Origin: a virus
Lineage: Duplodnaviria > Caudoviricetes
DNA length: 64,000 nt
Virus record (IMG/VR): IMGVR_UViG_3300021519_001244
Location: 1,749-65,748 of that record
Reading direction: 5' to 3' (one strand)
Positions 1-10,626 of the stretch are shown here, in pieces. The position numbers and the translations under genes are program-made. The notes below the pieces were generated by a model that worked only from the letters and a program-made list of their open reading frames with translations, was not told the DNA's origin and made no database searches. Within the stretch, counting starts at the first letter, position 1; each line of letters begins with the position of its first letter.

Positions 1-162
1 AGCAAGGTTGGCAAAACTGTGACAGTGGCATTTGGTGAGCGAGTCCTTAAGTGTGTGAAAAATAGTCGCAATCGATATCGCATCACAGAGAACAAGAAGG
101 TGATCGATTCGGACTATCTCGGAAGCATAAATGACCTCCGGCTTGCGCTGGCCACGTGGTAA
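1..162 (+). CDS. 3' part of a hypothetical protein (truncated by window edge)
   Basis: Frame 1 is open from base 1 (SKVGKTVTVAFGERVLK...) to TAA at 160-162. Confidence 0.5.
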   Translation, partial: SKVGKTVTVAFGERVLKCVKNSRNRYRITENKKVIDSDYLGSINDLRLALATW

Positions 163-180
163 AATAATCAAATAAAGGAG

Positions 181-462
181 ATGAAAATGACCAAAACAGT
201 TAAAGCGGCAAGCAAGAAAACGAAAACAGTGGTGGCACCTGTTAAAGAATTTGTTGCAGGTCAGCTGGCATTGCAAGACACCTGGGATGATGGACGCGGT
301 AACTCCACTACAACCACTAGGGTGGTGCTGGTTCGCTCGCTGGAACAAGGCACCAAATGGGGTCCTGACGCAGTAGTGGTGCTGGATAATGGCAGTCTTG
401 CAATTGTTGGAGTTAACACCCTGCGCCACCTTCCAGAAGTATTTAACGGTGCCACAATCTAA
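181..462 (+). CDS. hypothetical phage protein
   Basis: AAGGAG upstream; stop overlaps the next start (TAATG). Confidence 0.7.
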   Translation: MKMTKTVKAASKKTKTVVAPVKEFVAGQLALQDTWDDGRGNSTTTTRVVLVRSLEQGTKWGPDAVVVLDNGSLAIVGVNTLRHLPEVFNGATI

Positions 463-1502
463 TGAGAAAATTAGCAACCATTCGTAAGATTGATTCGATC
501 CGTCCTATCCCTGACGCCGATGCCATCGAGTGTGCAGTAGTAGGTGGGTGGACTGTAGTGATTAAAAAAGGTGACTTCAAGGCAGGCGATCACGCCGTCT
601 ACTGTGAAATTGATAGTTGGATTCCCACTGAACTGGCACCGTTCCTATCAAAGGGTAAAGAGCCACGCGAATACAACGGTGTTCGTGGTGAACGTCTGCG
701 TAGTGTTAAACTGCGTGGGCAGTTGAGTCAGGGCCTGCTTCTTGATCGATTCGTTGCCTTGGATAAGGTGGGAGAAATTCATGAAGGTATGGATGTATCC
801 GATCTTCTCAACATCGTTAAATACGAAGCACCTGTGCCCGCATGTTTAGCCGGCAAGGCACGTGGTGGCTTCCCCAGCTTTATCCCTAAAACGGATCAGG
901 AACGTATCCAAAATCTAACCACAGAATTTGCTGAATGGGTCAGCCCTGGCTTTCCTATAATGCCAACTTGGGAAGTGACTGAGAAGTTGGATGGTTCCAG
1001 TATGACTGTATATGTCAACGAACAAGATCAGGGAGTGTGTAGTCGCAATCTAAATCTATATGATACCGAAGGTAACACCCTGTGGCAAGTGGCACACCGT
1101 GATCAGATTATAACTGCTCTGCAGGATAGTCAACGTAATTTGGCCATTCAAGGTGAACTGATTGGTGAAGGTATCCAGGGCAATCCCTACAAGATCAAAG
1201 GTCAGAGTTTCTACGTGTTTGACATTTATGACATTGACAAGGGCAGTTACATGACTCCAACCCAGCGTAGAGATTTTTGTGAGTTCCATGAACTGCTACA
1301 TGTGCCGGTGATTGCATTTGGTGCTCATTTATACGATACGTTGGGTATGGCCACCATAGATAGTTTGCTGAAGTTCGCTGAAGGCAAATCCAAATTGAAC
1401 CCGCAAACTGATCGTGAGGGCTTAGTATTCAAGTGTAATGAACAGCAAAAATCGTTTAAAACAATCTCCAACAAATACTTGTTGAAGCACGGAGATCGAT
1501 AA
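462..1502 (+). CDS. ATP-dependent RNA ligase (Rnl2/DRB0094-like, with N-terminal extra domain)
   Basis: Motif I TEKLDGSS, CSRN, QGELIG, FYVFDI, REGLVFK, SFKTISNKYL. Confidence 0.9.
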   Translation: MRKLATIRKIDSIRPIPDADAIECAVVGGWTVVIKKGDFKAGDHAVYCEIDSWIPTELAPFLSKGKEPREYNGVRGERLRSVKLRGQLSQGLLLDRFVALDKVGEIHEGMDVSDLLNIVKYEAPVPACLAGKARGGFPSFIPKTDQERIQNLTTEFAEWVSPGFPIMPTWEVTEKLDGSSMTVYVNEQDQGVCSRNLNLYDTEGNTLWQVAHRDQIITALQDSQRNLAIQGELIGEGIQGNPYKIKGQSFYVFDIYDIDKGSYMTPTQRRDFCEFHELLHVPVIAFGAHLYDTLGMATIDSLLKFAEGKSKLNPQTDREGLVFKCNEQQKSFKTISNKYLLKHGDR

Positions 1503-1798
1503 TGAATAACCTTTTCTTACTGTCGTGGGACCAATTGGGACTTGAATCGTGCATCAACGTAACAGCAATGGAAAAAGAGCAAGTGTGGAGTTTGCTTAAA
1601 AACGAAAATTTGCGAGCACGGGCCAATTCCCAACGGCATTACGAGATTTATACAGTTACCATAGATGGAAGCATTACCGAAGATGATGTGCGAGATATGT
1701 TTAAAGACAACCCACAGGCGATGGCAGACTTGATCCGTGATCGTGGGAACAAGATGTATAGCGATAGACTTAACCAAAAAGAGGTATTGATAACATGA
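1502..1798 (+). CDS. hypothetical protein
   Basis: Translationally coupled to both neighbours. Confidence 0.65.
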   Translation: MNNLFLLSWDQLGLESCINVTAMEKEQVWSLLKNENLRARANSQRHYEIYTVTIDGSITEDDVRDMFKDNPQAMADLIRDRGNKMYSDRLNQKEVLIT

Positions 1799-2031
1799 GT
1801 AAACTTTATCTGACCCGACGTAATTTGCTGACACTACTGTCGAAGCTTGACCGCAAGAAAGCAGGCGATGATACCGCTTGCACTATCGTCAAGTATAAAA
1901 ACCCACAAAAAGAGTTTCAACAAACAATGAACTCTTGCGCCATTACAGCCGTAGAAGACGATGAATATTATACTGCACTCAACCGTCATGCTGGAGAAGT
2001 ACACCCACTTGACGAAATGAAACTTGGATAA
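1795..2031 (+). CDS. hypothetical protein
   Basis: ATGA and TAATG overlaps with neighbours; GAGG SD. Confidence 0.65.
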   Translation: MSKLYLTRRNLLTLLSKLDRKKAGDDTACTIVKYKNPQKEFQQTMNSCAITAVEDDEYYTALNRHAGEVHPLDEMKLG

Positions 2032-3341
2032 TGCTATCAAAGTCATTTTGCTCCAGCCCGTGGTATCATATACGTCTAACATATAATGGTGATTTCAGCG
2101 AATGCCGTTGGTACAAGGATGAAAAGCCCCGCCCCATAAACATAGAAAAAACATCTATGTTGGAGTTTTATAATAGCGATCGTATGCGGCAATTGCGATC
2201 AGCATTGCTTAATGGCCAAAGTGCGCCTGGTTGTGCCAGTTGCTATTACGAAGATGAGTTTGGGAAGTTAAGCGGTCGTACTAGACAGCTACTTAAGAGC
2301 GGTGTTCAAGTTGACGATTTTGATCGAACTATGCGTAGTAGTCCGCACTACCAACGATTCCTTCACAGCTATCAAAATTTAGGTCATGGAGATTACCATC
2401 CTGTTGACTTGCAAATAGATCTCGGTAACGTATGTAACAGCGCCTGTATAATGTGTGACCCAGTATCCAGTAGTCGGTTGCATACAGACTATATAAAATT
2501 GCATAAAATCAATTCTACACTATTTGAAAACCCATCTAAGTATACATCGTGGACGCAAAATCCAGATACTCTTGAACGCTTTATTGCAGAGTTAATTGCA
2601 ATACCCAATCTCAAATATATACATTTCCTTGGTGGTGAAACCCTTTACGATGAAGCATTCTACACTATTTGCGATCGTCTTGTTGCCTCGGGTATATCTA
2701 AGAATATTATTATAGGGACCACTACAAACGGCACCATACACAATAATCGTATAGACAATTTAATTTCCCAGTTTAAAGAATTCCATTTGGGTATCAGTAT
2801 AGAAGCAGTTTCAAGTCTAAATGACTATGTACGTTATCCAGGCAAGATTGATCCAATACTAAGCAACATAGATAAATTTTTAGCATTGCGTAGTTCAACA
2901 GGACTTTACGTGTCCCTACGCATAACCCCAAATATTTTTACTATATCGGAAATAGACCAATTGTTTGAATACATGATTGAAAAGAACGTTATTGCCGAGA
3001 GCTGTAACATTCTGTTCAAGCCCGAGTGTTTGCGAATCGAACTTTTACCGGAAAGTATTCGCCAACAAACTATAGACAAATTGGACCAATTGATTGTAAA
3101 ATACAAACTTACTAAAACAAGTGACAATAATATACGCAAAGCAGATGCAATAGCAGACGTGATTGGTAATGTGGTCATTGACTATCAGCAATTCCTTACT
3201 ACCTATGCCATACCAAAAAACGTAGATATACTTAGACAACAATTAGTGATATTTTTAAAGAGCTTTGAGTCCCTTAGAAATAATTCAATATTAGATCATG
3301 CCCCAAACTACACAGAATTTCTTAGACATTACGGATACTAG
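2031..3341 (+). CDS. radical SAM protein with N-terminal twitch/SPASM-like Cys domain
   Basis: CNSACIMC (CxxxCxxC), FLGGET, TTTNGT; N-terminal FCSSPW...GCASCY. Confidence 0.85.
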   Translation: MLSKSFCSSPWYHIRLTYNGDFSECRWYKDEKPRPINIEKTSMLEFYNSDRMRQLRSALLNGQSAPGCASCYYEDEFGKLSGRTRQLLKSGVQVDDFDRTMRSSPHYQRFLHSYQNLGHGDYHPVDLQIDLGNVCNSACIMCDPVSSSRLHTDYIKLHKINSTLFENPSKYTSWTQNPDTLERFIAELIAIPNLKYIHFLGGETLYDEAFYTICDRLVASGISKNIIIGTTTNGTIHNNRIDNLISQFKEFHLGISIEAVSSLNDYVRYPGKIDPILSNIDKFLALRSSTGLYVSLRITPNIFTISEIDQLFEYMIEKNVIAESCNILFKPECLRIELLPESIRQQTIDKLDQLIVKYKLTKTSDNNIRKADAIADVIGNVVIDYQQFLTTYAIPKNVDILRQQLVIFLKSFESLRNNSILDHAPNYTEFLRHYGY

Positions 3342-3687
3342 ATTAGATGGCCAACTTACAGTAGAGTTGCAGGTACGTACTCACGGGCATACTGTTAGAG
3401 TTATTAAGTTAAACGATTGGCTAATAAAAGAAAATCATACTATACTTCAATTTGATTTATTTTCTCCTCTACTACTAACTATTGATCTTGTGGAATTTAC
3501 TGAAGGTAGCAGTGGCATTGAAGTAGAATTATTCACTATAAATAATTTTGAAATATTACCACGCTATAAACATCTAGCATCAACTCCCACAAATTACATT
3601 GATACACTTGGTAGATGGCAGTTAGAAATACCATCGCCTTTTTATACTTGGTACCACGAAGTCTCTGGCCAGGGGTGGATCGCATAA
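3298..3687 (+). CDS. hypothetical protein
   Basis: 129-aa ORF overlapping the end of the radical SAM gene. Confidence 0.6.
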   Translation: MPQTTQNFLDITDTRLDGQLTVELQVRTHGHTVRVIKLNDWLIKENHTILQFDLFSPLLLTIDLVEFTEGSSGIEVELFTINNFEILPRYKHLASTPTNYIDTLGRWQLEIPSPFYTWYHEVSGQGWIA

Positions 3688-3736
3688 AAGTCACAAAGAC
3701 ACCTGATATTTTTAAAAATAGATATATACTAGTATT

Positions 3737-4174
3737 ATGTTATCAATTATCAAAGACATCGCAAATCCACTACTCGAATATCTTAAAGACGACCCTGTGC
3801 GTCCAGAAATCCCACGTGAGTTCAGAGTGAGCAATAATAGATTTGTTGCGGCTTTGATCACAGATGAAAATCCAAGGGCAATGATTTGTGTTAGCCTTCA
3901 TGATTTTGTCCCGGCGGCAGTAGCAGATCTTGAGTTAGAAACCGACAATCCAACAACAGCGATATTTTATACCATATGGAGTTATTTTCCAGGAGCCGGT
4001 GTAGAATTGCTATTGGCCATTGTTAACCAAATACGGTTAGAATATCCCAGTGTCACTAAATTTGTTACATTAAGCCCAAAAACCGAAATGGCCCGTAAAT
4101 TCCATCTAAAGAATGGAGCCCATATTATGCGGGAAAACGAATCCAGCATTAATTACGAATATACTGTAACATAG
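3737..4174 (+). CDS. conserved hypothetical protein, possible GNAT-like fold
   Basis: FYTIWSY-PGAG, VTLSP, ARKFHLKNGA pattern resembles acyltransferase motifs A/B. Confidence 0.55.
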   Translation: MLSIIKDIANPLLEYLKDDPVRPEIPREFRVSNNRFVAALITDENPRAMICVSLHDFVPAAVADLELETDNPTTAIFYTIWSYFPGAGVELLLAIVNQIRLEYPSVTKFVTLSPKTEMARKFHLKNGAHIMRENESSINYEYTVT

Positions 4175-4238
4175 TCATTGGGCCTGCTTGCTTGCTTTTT
4201 TATTTTGCCATAAATACCTTATAATAGGGTAAAATAAT

Positions 4239-6848
4239 ATGAGTTTTGCAAACGTTCAACTTGGTACAACAGCAGGGGACCAGTCTGGTGATCCATTACG
4301 GATTGCATTCCAAAAAATAAATCAGAATTTTGCCAACATTGCGTCCGGGCAAGCTAATATTACAGTTTCCGGTGCTGTTTCAACGGTTGCTGGTAGAACT
4401 GGAAATGTGATTCTTGGGGTAAATGATATCCTTGGCGCAGCCAGTATCGGTTATGTTAATACCTCAGCCAACGCAGCAAACACATTTGTTACTACTACCT
4501 ATGCTCAATTCTCAGGAAATGTATTTAATTGGATCTCTGCTAACCTAGCGGGAAATATTGCCAATGCCGCGGCCACATCAATTACCACTAGTGCTGTACT
4601 GGCGCCCTTGACTGGATTTCAAGCAAATCTTACAGCCGCAAACCTACGTATAGCAACACATGATGCTAATCTTGGTACAGCAACAACAAATATTACAGCC
4701 CTACAATATACACAAGATACGCAATCTGCTAACCTTGGTACGGCAACAACAAACATCACAACATTGTTTGCCAATGCTGGAACACAAGCATCTAGCATCA
4801 GCACAATTAATAATAACATCACAGCAGCCAATGCACGTATAGCAACACATGATGCTAACCTTGGTACAGCAACAACAAATATTTCTACGCTAACAGCAAA
4901 TGCTGGCGTACAATCTGCAGCTATTGAAGTATTGAATAGTGGCGCAACAACTTTAACAACAAACGTAAATGCTCTTCGGGCAAACATCACAGCGGCCAAT
5001 ATAGCCATTGCATCATTGTCTACAGTTAGTATCCCGGAAGTTGCGGCCAATGTCACTGCGGCCAATGCACGTATAGCAACACATGATGCTAACCTTGGCA
5101 CAGCAACAACAAATATTACAACATTGTTTGCCAATGCTGGGACACAAGCATCCAGCATTAATTCTGTTAATGCCAATGTTACCGCGGCCAATGCGGCCAT
5201 CTCAGCAATAACAGTTGCGTGGACTGCCAACGCCGCAACTCAAGCAGGTGCGTTAGCAACATTAACATCCAACGCCGCAGTACAGTCGGGAAATATTAGT
5301 ACATTGACTACAACAGTTGGATATAATTCATCGAATATTTCTTCGTTGTTATATACAACAACTGTGCATGCCGCTAATATTGTTGTACTGACAGGGAACG
5401 TTTCTAATTTAGAAGCAAATGCTGGTACACAACAAACACAAATTAATTTACTTAACGCCAACGTTGCCGGCATTGTTACAGGCAACAGTCTGGTTACTGC
5501 TACGCAACTTACAGCAAATATTTTAGCAGTTAATGTTGCTATATCTGCTGCAAATACTTTGGCAAGTGCAACAACTATCACAGCCAATACTGCAATGAAA
5601 TCATATGTTGATGCTCAAATTATTTCAGCAAGTGGTTATGGAAATACACAGGTTGCAGCATACTTGGCGTCAAATCCTCAAACTGGTACCTACAGCAATT
5701 CAAATGTTGCAACCTACTTAACTACTACTGGTGTAAACGCAAACATTACAGCGGCCAATGTAGAAATTGGTCGTTTACGTGCAAACATCACAGCAGCCAA
5801 TATAGAAATTAGTACACAAATTGCCACGTTAACATCAACAGTATCCAATGTTGTTTCAAATATATCAGCTGTGAGTGTTGCATGGACAGCAAATGCTGTT
5901 ACACAGGATACAGCAATAAATTCATTACGTGCAAATATTACAGCATCAAACGTGGCCATATCAACATTACAAACACAGGTGTATGCTAATACCAATGTAG
6001 CAACATATCTACCAACATATCTACCAACATACTCAGGTAATATTAGTGCAGCCAACATAGCATCTAATTCATATCGTTATGCAAACGGTGTAAGTATTTT
6101 AACAGGCATCGGCGGAACATATTCTAACGCCAATGTGATTGCTAATTTACAAAACTTAACAACCAGCATTACAACCACAGCCAACATTACAGCAACCAAC
6201 ATATATGCATCAAACTTCTTGTATGCAAACGGAGTACCGTACGTTGGTGGAGGTAACGTTACTGTTATTAACAGCACCGCTGCCAATCTTACGGTGGTTG
6301 GTGCATTTTATCAAGGGATAGAGTCGAATGTAAATGCCAATACGTCGGTAATCACGTTAGATACACTAACATCAGGAGTTTTCTTTATTGGAAATTTAGC
6401 CAGTAATGTTGTTATTAACTTTGCTAACATTGGCCTCCAAGGTAATGCCGGCGGAGTAGGAAGTACTACAATCACAGGTAATACAAGCACATCAATTTCT
6501 ATAATAACTAATCAAGGTGCCACTCCGTACCATATTACTGGAATTCAAGTTAACGGTAATGCAATAACTACAAGATTCCCAGGGGGCAGCACACCACCAA
6601 TGGGTGTTGCAAATTTTCAGCAATTAGATCGTCTTGATTTAACCCGTGTTGCTAATGTATGGTCTTCTGCGCTCTTACGAATATCACCAGCACTGGATAC
6701 ATGGAGTGGTAACATTACAGCAGGTAACGTTATATCCAATGGTAACATCGCGATGACATCTAATGTGACACGTAATGTTTTTGTTAATAGTTATGCGCCA
6801 TTGACCACACAAGGTAACGTTGGTGATATTTGGTATCAGACGTTTTAA
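4239..6848 (+). CDS. virion fibre-like structural protein with Ala/Asn/Thr-rich repeats
   Basis: N-terminal GD-SGDPLRIAFQKINQNF (T4 gp9/gp10-like start), VAGRTGNV, repeated ANLGTATTNITTL/ANITAAN units, C-terminal GDIWY; TAAATA upstream. Confidence 0.75.
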   Translation: MSFANVQLGTTAGDQSGDPLRIAFQKINQNFANIASGQANITVSGAVSTVAGRTGNVILGVNDILGAASIGYVNTSANAANTFVTTTYAQFSGNVFNWISANLAGNIANAAATSITTSAVLAPLTGFQANLTAANLRIATHDANLGTATTNITALQYTQDTQSANLGTATTNITTLFANAGTQASSISTINNNITAANARIATHDANLGTATTNISTLTANAGVQSAAIEVLNSGATTLTTNVNALRANITAANIAIASLSTVSIPEVAANVTAANARIATHDANLGTATTNITTLFANAGTQASSINSVNANVTAANAAISAITVAWTANAATQAGALATLTSNAAVQSGNISTLTTTVGYNSSNISSLLYTTTVHAANIVVLTGNVSNLEANAGTQQTQINLLNANVAGIVTGNSLVTATQLTANILAVNVAISAANTLASATTITANTAMKSYVDAQIISASGYGNTQVAAYLASNPQTGTYSNSNVATYLTTTGVNANITAANVEIGRLRANITAANIEISTQIATLTSTVSNVVSNISAVSVAWTANAVTQDTAINSLRANITASNVAISTLQTQVYANTNVATYLPTYLPTYSGNISAANIASNSYRYANGVSILTGIGGTYSNANVIANLQNLTTSITTTANITATNIYASNFLYANGVPYVGGGNVTVINSTAANLTVVGAFYQGIESNVNANTSVITLDTLTSGVFFIGNLASNVVINFANIGLQGNAGGVGSTTITGNTSTSISIITNQGATPYHITGIQVNGNAITTRFPGGSTPPMGVANFQQLDRLDLTRVANVWSSALLRISPALDTWSGNITAGNVISNGNIAMTSNVTRNVFVNSYAPLTTQGNVGDIWYQTF
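4645..5160 (+). repeat. intragenic coding repeats (RIATHDANLGTATTNI three times plus a partial copy)
   Basis: Near-identical DNA cgtatagcaacacatgatgctaa(t/c)cttgg(t/c)acagcaacaacaaatatt at about 4647, 4836 and 5070. Confidence 0.85.
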
Positions 6849-6851
6849 TAT

Positions 6852-8123
6852 ATGATAGCCAATACCAGTATTACTTCGTATAGCACACTATCAGCTAATC
6901 CAGCTGCCAGTATCTTAGATTATATAAATGGGACCAATGTTACTCCCACTATTATTTCAACTGCTTATAATATTCCCAGCAACACAGCATCCAATGTAAA
7001 AGTTGGTATCATTAGTCTAGGCGGAGGGTGGCAACCGAGCGACTTACAAAAATCACTGGGTAATTTAAGCGTGACACTTGCTCGGTCTATCACAAGCGTT
7101 TTGGTAGATGGCGCCGGCAACGTGTTCAGCATAAGCGACAGTAACGCCAGTTTAGAAAATACGTTAGATTTATATTGTGTGGCCGGCATGGCTCCCAGTG
7201 CAAATATTGTTTTATACACTGGACAGAATTCTGTAATGGGTTTTGCTAACGTAATCAACCGCGCAATAAATGAAAATTGTGATATTATCAGTGTAAGTTG
7301 GGGTCTTGATGAATATTATAATACGTATGGAACTTTTTTAGAAACAGCCTTTGCCAATGCAGCCACACAAGGTATCACTGTTTGTGTTGCTAGTGGTGAT
7401 TATGGATCATCAAGCGGAAGTACGCCAAGGGTCCTTTCGGTTGGATATCCAGCTGCCAGTCCAAATGTTGTGGCTGTTGGTGGCACAGTATTAACATATA
7501 ATACTTCATCATATTCTAGAGTTACAGAGTCGGTCTCTAGTTTATCGGGCGGAGGCATAAGCACGGTATTTTCTGTGCCAAGTTGGCAAACAGGACTAAC
7601 ATATCAAAAATATTTTACATCTAATTCGTCATATGGACCATCTACCGCTTTAACTGGGAGAGGTGTACCGGACGTATCAGCACCGTATCAGACATATCCA
7701 CTATGGTACAATGGTACTATTGCCAGCGTTTCCGGAACCAGCGCATCTGCACCAATCATAGCAGGTATGTTTGCTAGGTACATGTCAATGAATGGCGGCC
7801 GGCGGCCTGTTATCAATGGTATACACCCAATATTGTATTCCAACATTAATGCTTATTCTGATTTAACAACAGGTACCAATGCTGATCCGTTACCCGCTGG
7901 ATATGCGGCAAACATTGGGTGGGATCCAGTAGTTGGTATGGGAGCCCCAATTGGAACCGTGCTATACCCAATGATAACATCAGGTGGCACTAAAATTAAA
8001 ACTGCGGCAAATACGTGGTCCTATGTATCTAACGTACGGGTAAAAACTGGATCAACAACGTGGAGTAATGTAAAAGCCGTTTGGACCAAGGTAAATTCAA
8101 CTACCTGGAAGCAAACGTTTTAG
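6852..8123 (+). CDS. sedolisin (peptidase S53) with Trp-rich C-terminal extension
   Basis: ENTLD (Glu/Asp), SVSWG, ASGDYG, YPAASPNVVAVGGT, RGVPDVS, GTSASAP (Ser), GWDPVVGMG. Confidence 0.9.
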   Translation: MIANTSITSYSTLSANPAASILDYINGTNVTPTIISTAYNIPSNTASNVKVGIISLGGGWQPSDLQKSLGNLSVTLARSITSVLVDGAGNVFSISDSNASLENTLDLYCVAGMAPSANIVLYTGQNSVMGFANVINRAINENCDIISVSWGLDEYYNTYGTFLETAFANAATQGITVCVASGDYGSSSGSTPRVLSVGYPAASPNVVAVGGTVLTYNTSSYSRVTESVSSLSGGGISTVFSVPSWQTGLTYQKYFTSNSSYGPSTALTGRGVPDVSAPYQTYPLWYNGTIASVSGTSASAPIIAGMFARYMSMNGGRRPVINGIHPILYSNINAYSDLTTGTNADPLPAGYAANIGWDPVVGMGAPIGTVLYPMITSGGTKIKTAANTWSYVSNVRVKTGSTTWSNVKAVWTKVNSTTWKQTF

Positions 8124-8167
8124 CTTTGCTATCTGATAAATAACACTAATATCTGAGGAATTTAACA

Positions 8168-8482
8168 ATGTCTTTTAACGCAAATATCGTAAACATACTT
8201 AATTACAATAGTATTCAGAGTGCTGTAATTCCTAGCACACGGGCCCGGGTTTTGGCCAATATAACTTTACATTATTCGGTTGGCGTAAACCCAACCGCAT
8301 ACACGGGTAATTGTGAATTAATACCAGCAGGCGTTGTTAGATATATTAACATGGAAGGCACCAATAACAAACTTGCTTTTATTGCCAGCTCAACTGGTGT
8401 TGGCGAAGTCAGTATTGTTCCATGTGGTACCGTACTTAAATCTGGTACAGTAACCAGTTCCGACACATATATTCCTACCTAA
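8168..8482 (+). CDS. hypothetical protein (likely late/virion)
   Basis: TAAATA and GAGGA upstream. Confidence 0.65.
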   Translation: MSFNANIVNILNYNSIQSAVIPSTRARVLANITLHYSVGVNPTAYTGNCELIPAGVVRYINMEGTNNKLAFIASSTGVGEVSIVPCGTVLKSGTVTSSDTYIPT

Positions 8483-8582
8483 TCAAAACTTAAATACCCA
8501 ACACGTTATATTAACCAAACTGCTTGACGACGTACATTTATTATAGTAAACTTATTGAGCTAAAACTCAATAAATACTAACT

Positions 8583-10094
8583 ATGATACTTGCCTGGCTA
8601 TTGCTCTTAACTGGATTAACCATATCCTCTGTTGCTATCTACTATAGCGTAGTAGGCCTCACAGCAATCTTCAGTGCGGCGGCAGTCCCAATTATGATTA
8701 TGGGTGTAAGCCTTGAAGTGGCCAAATTAGTTTGCGCTACCTGGATCAAACAGTATTGGACACAAGTACCAAGGTTAATGAAAACCTATATGGTCACAGC
8801 CGTTGTGCTGTTGATGCTGATTACAAGTATGGGTATTTTTGGATTCCTAAGCAAAGCACACAACGACCAAAACCTAGTGTCGGGTGATGTACAAAGTAAA
8901 ATAGCAATATATGATGAAAAGATACGAACAGCCCGCGACAACATTGAAGCTAACCGCAAGGCGCTTAAACAAATGGATGAAGCTGTGGACCAAGTTATGG
9001 GTAGGTCAACTGATGAAAAAGGTGCAGACAAAGCAGTCGCCATCCGTAACGGTCAAAAGCGTGATCGTGCCGCTATTGCCAAAGACATAGAAGCTAACCA
9101 ACGTATCATTGCCACACTAAATGATGAAGCCGCACCCATACGTGCTGAAGTACGTAAGGTAGAAGCCGAAGTTGGCCCAATTAAATACATAGCGGCATTC
9201 TTATACGGTGTTACCCCAGATGCAGGTATGTTGGAAAAAGCAGTAACTTGGATTATTATCACCATTGTTGTTGTATTTGACCCGCTGGCAGTTATCATGC
9301 TATTAGCCGCACAAATGACCTTTGCATGGCGACGTGCTGAAGGCGGTTGGGTACACGACAAGGATGGAACCATTGTTGGTGTAACTCCTGGTACAAAAAT
9401 AACCGACGATGAAGCGGCAATGGATATTTCTGCCGAGGATATTCCTGGAGTAACCACACGTCCGTTTACACAAGCAGAAATAGATGCCCTAAATAAACCA
9501 ATTGTTGATGAAGCCATTACAGTGGAAAAGTATGCAGAAAATAATCCACCAATTAATGAAAGTATAATTAGCACAGAACCTACTATACAAGAACTGGATT
9601 CTAATGTTGGCAAAAAACCAATTGTTGACGAAATACAAGAACCACCTGTTGCGGCTGAACCACAATTTGAAGGTATCCGGACTCCGGGATCGGATGAATG
9701 GGTACAAACTGGTCCAGTATTTGACGCACCAAATCTACGTGCGGCTGAAGCATCGCCCGGTCGTAATAGAGGGGTAATGTACAGCCAACCGGTGCAGGCT
9801 GATAATACACCATCGCTTGGTAAGGCCAGCAATAGTGACTTTGGAAACCAATACCCCGACAATCCTGAAAAGGGAGATGTTTATTTACGTACAGACTTCC
9901 TTCCAAATCGATTATTTAAATATAATGGCAATAAATGGATAGAGGTTGACAAAAATCAAACTGATGTGTATGCTTATGAAGAACAGTATATTAAGTATTT
10001 GATAGAGCAAATAGAGCAAGGCAAATATGATGCCGAAACTTTAACAGCAGTTGAGCGTGAACAAATAGCACAATATATAGGAAAAAATGCATAG
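8583..10094 (+). CDS. membrane-anchored coiled-coil phage protein
   Basis: Three N-terminal hydrophobic helices, coiled coil, a fourth TM segment, acidic Pro-rich linker, C-terminal KGDVYLRTDFLPNRLFKYNGNKW domain. Confidence 0.75.
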   Translation: MILAWLLLLTGLTISSVAIYYSVVGLTAIFSAAAVPIMIMGVSLEVAKLVCATWIKQYWTQVPRLMKTYMVTAVVLLMLITSMGIFGFLSKAHNDQNLVSGDVQSKIAIYDEKIRTARDNIEANRKALKQMDEAVDQVMGRSTDEKGADKAVAIRNGQKRDRAAIAKDIEANQRIIATLNDEAAPIRAEVRKVEAEVGPIKYIAAFLYGVTPDAGMLEKAVTWIIITIVVVFDPLAVIMLLAAQMTFAWRRAEGGWVHDKDGTIVGVTPGTKITDDEAAMDISAEDIPGVTTRPFTQAEIDALNKPIVDEAITVEKYAENNPPINESIISTEPTIQELDSNVGKKPIVDEIQEPPVAAEPQFEGIRTPGSDEWVQTGPVFDAPNLRAAEASPGRNRGVMYSQPVQADNTPSLGKASNSDFGNQYPDNPEKGDVYLRTDFLPNRLFKYNGNKWIEVDKNQTDVYAYEEQYIKYLIEQIEQGKYDAETLTAVEREQIAQYIGKNA

Positions 10095-10323
10095 CAATTT
10101 TATAACACCGCCGGATTATATTCAATCAATATTGATTTTAAACGCAACCGAAGAGCAAATTAAAGAATGTGCTGATACGTGTAAAGACAAGGGCAAGGCA
10201 TACAATGTTTACTTTTATAATGCTGAAATGAATCAGCCCGATTGGCTTGAGGGTATTAAATCAAAGATTGATGTAACATTGGATGCAAATATTACTAACC
10301 CAGCAGACTACTTTAATAAATAA
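10087..10323 (+). CDS. hypothetical protein
   Basis: 78-aa ORF coupled to upstream gene. Confidence 0.65.
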   Translation: MHSNFITPPDYIQSILILNATEEQIKECADTCKDKGKAYNVYFYNAEMNQPDWLEGIKSKIDVTLDANITNPADYFNK

Positions 10324-10327
10324 CTTT

Positions 10328-10576
10328 ATGGCATATTACTCAAAAGAAAAACCAATGTTTCCGGGAAATACTGTTACATTACGTGATGGGGAACCAATAG
10401 AAAAAGCATTACGTAAATTCAAAAAGAAGGTATTGGAATCAGGATTACTTCGTGAACTTAAAGAACGTGAGTTTTACGAAAAACCAACTACCCGTCGTAA
10501 GAAGGCCAAAGCCTCTGCTAAGAATCGCTGGCGCAAAAAGTTAGCATCCGAATCTCTCCCTAAAAAAATGTATTGA
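10328..10576 (+). CDS. rpsU: ribosomal protein bS21
   Basis: EPIEKALRKFKKKV-ESGLLRELKEREFYEKPT-RRK signature; ATG at 10328 is the likely start. Confidence 0.9.
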   Translation: MAYYSKEKPMFPGNTVTLRDGEPIEKALRKFKKKVLESGLLRELKEREFYEKPTTRRKKAKASAKNRWRKKLASESLPKKMY

Positions 10577-10626
10577 TTTTACCAATATGTATTGCTTTAA
10601 TGGACAATATGTAGTATAAATATATT

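Noticed and set aside
4619-6286. Long minus-strand ORFs (also within 9053-9862, 14936-16519, 56590-57174, 63305-63925)
   Set aside because: Antisense shadows of well-supported plus-strand genes with biased codon usage; no RBS or motifs
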